Positions 62,421 to 64,000 of a DNA stretch of 64,000 nt are shown piece by piece. A program made the position numbers and the translations under genes. Numbering within the stretch: position 1 is the stretch's first letter; each line of letters begins with the position of its first letter. Source of the DNA: Aplysia californica (lineage: Eukaryota); the NCBI RefSeq assembly GCF_000002075.1, contig NW_004797539.1, positions 554,894 through 618,893 of the forward strand, read 5' to 3'. The notes beneath the pieces are model-generated. The model saw only the letters and a list, made by a program, of their open reading frames with translations, was not told where the DNA came from and made no database searches.

Positions 62421-63691
62421 GAGAGGCATCGTGGTGAAATCAGGCACTCGTCAAAATAATGAAATCAAAGAAATCAGCATTTTTCTTTCTAATGGGCAAT
62501 TTTTAAATTATTTTTTTTTTGGGCTCAACACCTTTCATGCCCACAAAAGAACACATTTCTGTGTGGATTTTACTGAAAATCGTTGATCAAAGGCACAAAA
62601 AATTGTAAATTTCCAGTTTCTAAGGACTCTCAGGCTATGAAAGTTAACAAACTTTGGCGGCCATTTTCTCGCTAATTTTACCTCTGAAACCAGGGGACCC
62701 AGACCTCCTTCAATCGTAAATATTTCGACTTCTATTCAACATATATATGGATATTTTTTTTACCAAAAGGAAGGCAAATGAGCAAGCTTTATGATGATGT
62801 GTATACCAAAAACCTTATATGCCCAAAAATTGACGAGCGCCTGGTTCCACCACATTGCGACCAGTGGCGGTGGGTGGACCAAGATTTGGGTGGGGCTTAG
62901 GTTTCTTCCACTTCTTTATCACCAAAAAGCAAGCAATAAGAACAAAACAGTGATGATTTTGCTATACTCACTGCGAGCCACGGCATTTTGAGAACCATTC
63001 AAACGAGAAGAGTCACCTTTGTCTTCCATCTCTTTGTTCTTAGTTAAAGTTAAGCTTCTGGATGGTAGGGACGAAGCCGTCTCACCTCCAAATTTCTCTA
63101 ATTAGTTTTTATCTGAAGAAAAAGTTGCCTCCAAAGTGGTTTGATGTAATTAATAACTGTTAAATCTCAGCGGCACAAACACACAGCACTCCAAACACAT
63201 ACCGTCTATGAGGTGGATTGGGTTGTGTTGTTGCGGAAAATAGAACGCGCCTAACAAAGGCCCAATGGGCGCATAGGTATCTGTGTCACTAGGGGAAAGT
63301 GTGTCGTAAACTTTCACCCCATTGTCAGGGCTGGGAGAGCGTGAGCCCGCTGTGCAGTGTTATTTTTTTAAAGTTTTCTACCTTTTAACAAGAAGAGTTT
63401 CATTAAAGACGGGCGTGGGAACCGGCTTATTCTTTCTGAGCCCTAACGACATTTGATTGGCTGTTAGGTTACTATAGTTGTAAGCAGTGACAACAATGAT
63501 TGGATAAACGGGCAAGCCGCCAAGCTGATAACTGTGTGTTCATTGCGTGCGATCATGACGGTTTCAACTGCTTATTTCGTTATTTAAGAAACTTTCATGA
63601 ACTAAGGGATAGAGTAGGGGTGGGGACGGGGTGGGGGTGAGGGGCTCAAGCCAGTAAGCCCTTCACTACCCACCGCCACTGGTTGTGACAC
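62421..63691 (+). mobile_element. Family M element nested in the Merlin-like element
   Basis: AAAT|GAGAGGCATCGTGGTGAAATCAGG...GTGACAC|AAAT. Confidence 0.7.
62862..63681. mobile_element. hAT-like MITE nested in family M
   Basis: TIR CAGTGGCGGTGGGT...ACCCACCGCCACTG; 8-bp TSD ATTGCGAC/GTTGTGAC (6 of 8 match). Confidence 0.78.
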
Positions 63692-64000
63692 AAATGATAA
63701 TTGACTTGCACCAACATTTGAAGTGTCTATTCAATTAACATTATTGTTGTACATTTGGGTCCAATAATGTGCTTCAAACACAAGTAATAAATAACATGTT
63801 TTTGTTGTACAGTGAGTCTAATAGTTTACGCACCTAAAATGTACTTTTACCCCCAAAAATGGTTACTTCTCTGGAAATGTGGTGTAATCAAATACCTTAT
63901 TAACCGAATTCTTCAAATCTTATAAAATGTTGGAAAGTGAAATTATATCGATTTTATCAAGCTGAGGGCGGAGCAATATAGAATCTAGATTCTAGATCTA

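Larger units (their letters stand above)
62077..63851 (-). mobile_element. Merlin-like (IS1595/ISXO2-type) deletion derivative
   Basis: TIR G(G/A)TAAAAGT(A/G)CATT.TAGGTG with ~45-bp subterminal repeats. ORF 62195-62398 (NQFGTSRDLFPSYVHEFVFWNRF) resembles the Merlin transposase C-terminus. Confidence 0.65.

Overview
AT-rich, intron-rich animal genomic DNA; the repeat types suggest a mollusc or other lophotrochozoan (inference only). There are three N-gaps. Four complete spliced housekeeping genes can be rebuilt by hand with GT-AG sites and consistent phases: FUOM (+, 6 coding exons, 149 aa), MRPS16 (-, 2 coding exons, 128 aa), PSMC3/Rpt5 (+, 13 coding exons, 428 aa) and XPA (-, 6 coding exons, 266 aa). 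MRPS16 and PSMC3 are head-to-head, and a possible further gene starts divergently from FUOM at the left edge. Introns and intergenic DNA are filled with non-autonomous DNA transposons (MULE-, hAT-, Tc1/pogo-, piggyBac-, Merlin- and Sola-like), LINE fragments and tRNA-derived SINEs, with several three-level nests that can be resolved from their target-site duplications (TSDs). The main leads are: (i) a group of 9-bp-TSD elements with asymmetric GG(A/G)AGTG.../...GGCC ends clustered at gene 5' ends, one family carrying YY1/ETS-like motifs; (ii) TA-GGCC-TA, TA-GGC-TA and TA-GATC-TA modules that look like accumulated transposon excision footprints; (iii) two degenerate Penelope/hammerhead-like remnants. 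I found no intact new protein-coding system. Superfamily assignments come from termini and TSD length, not from database searches.
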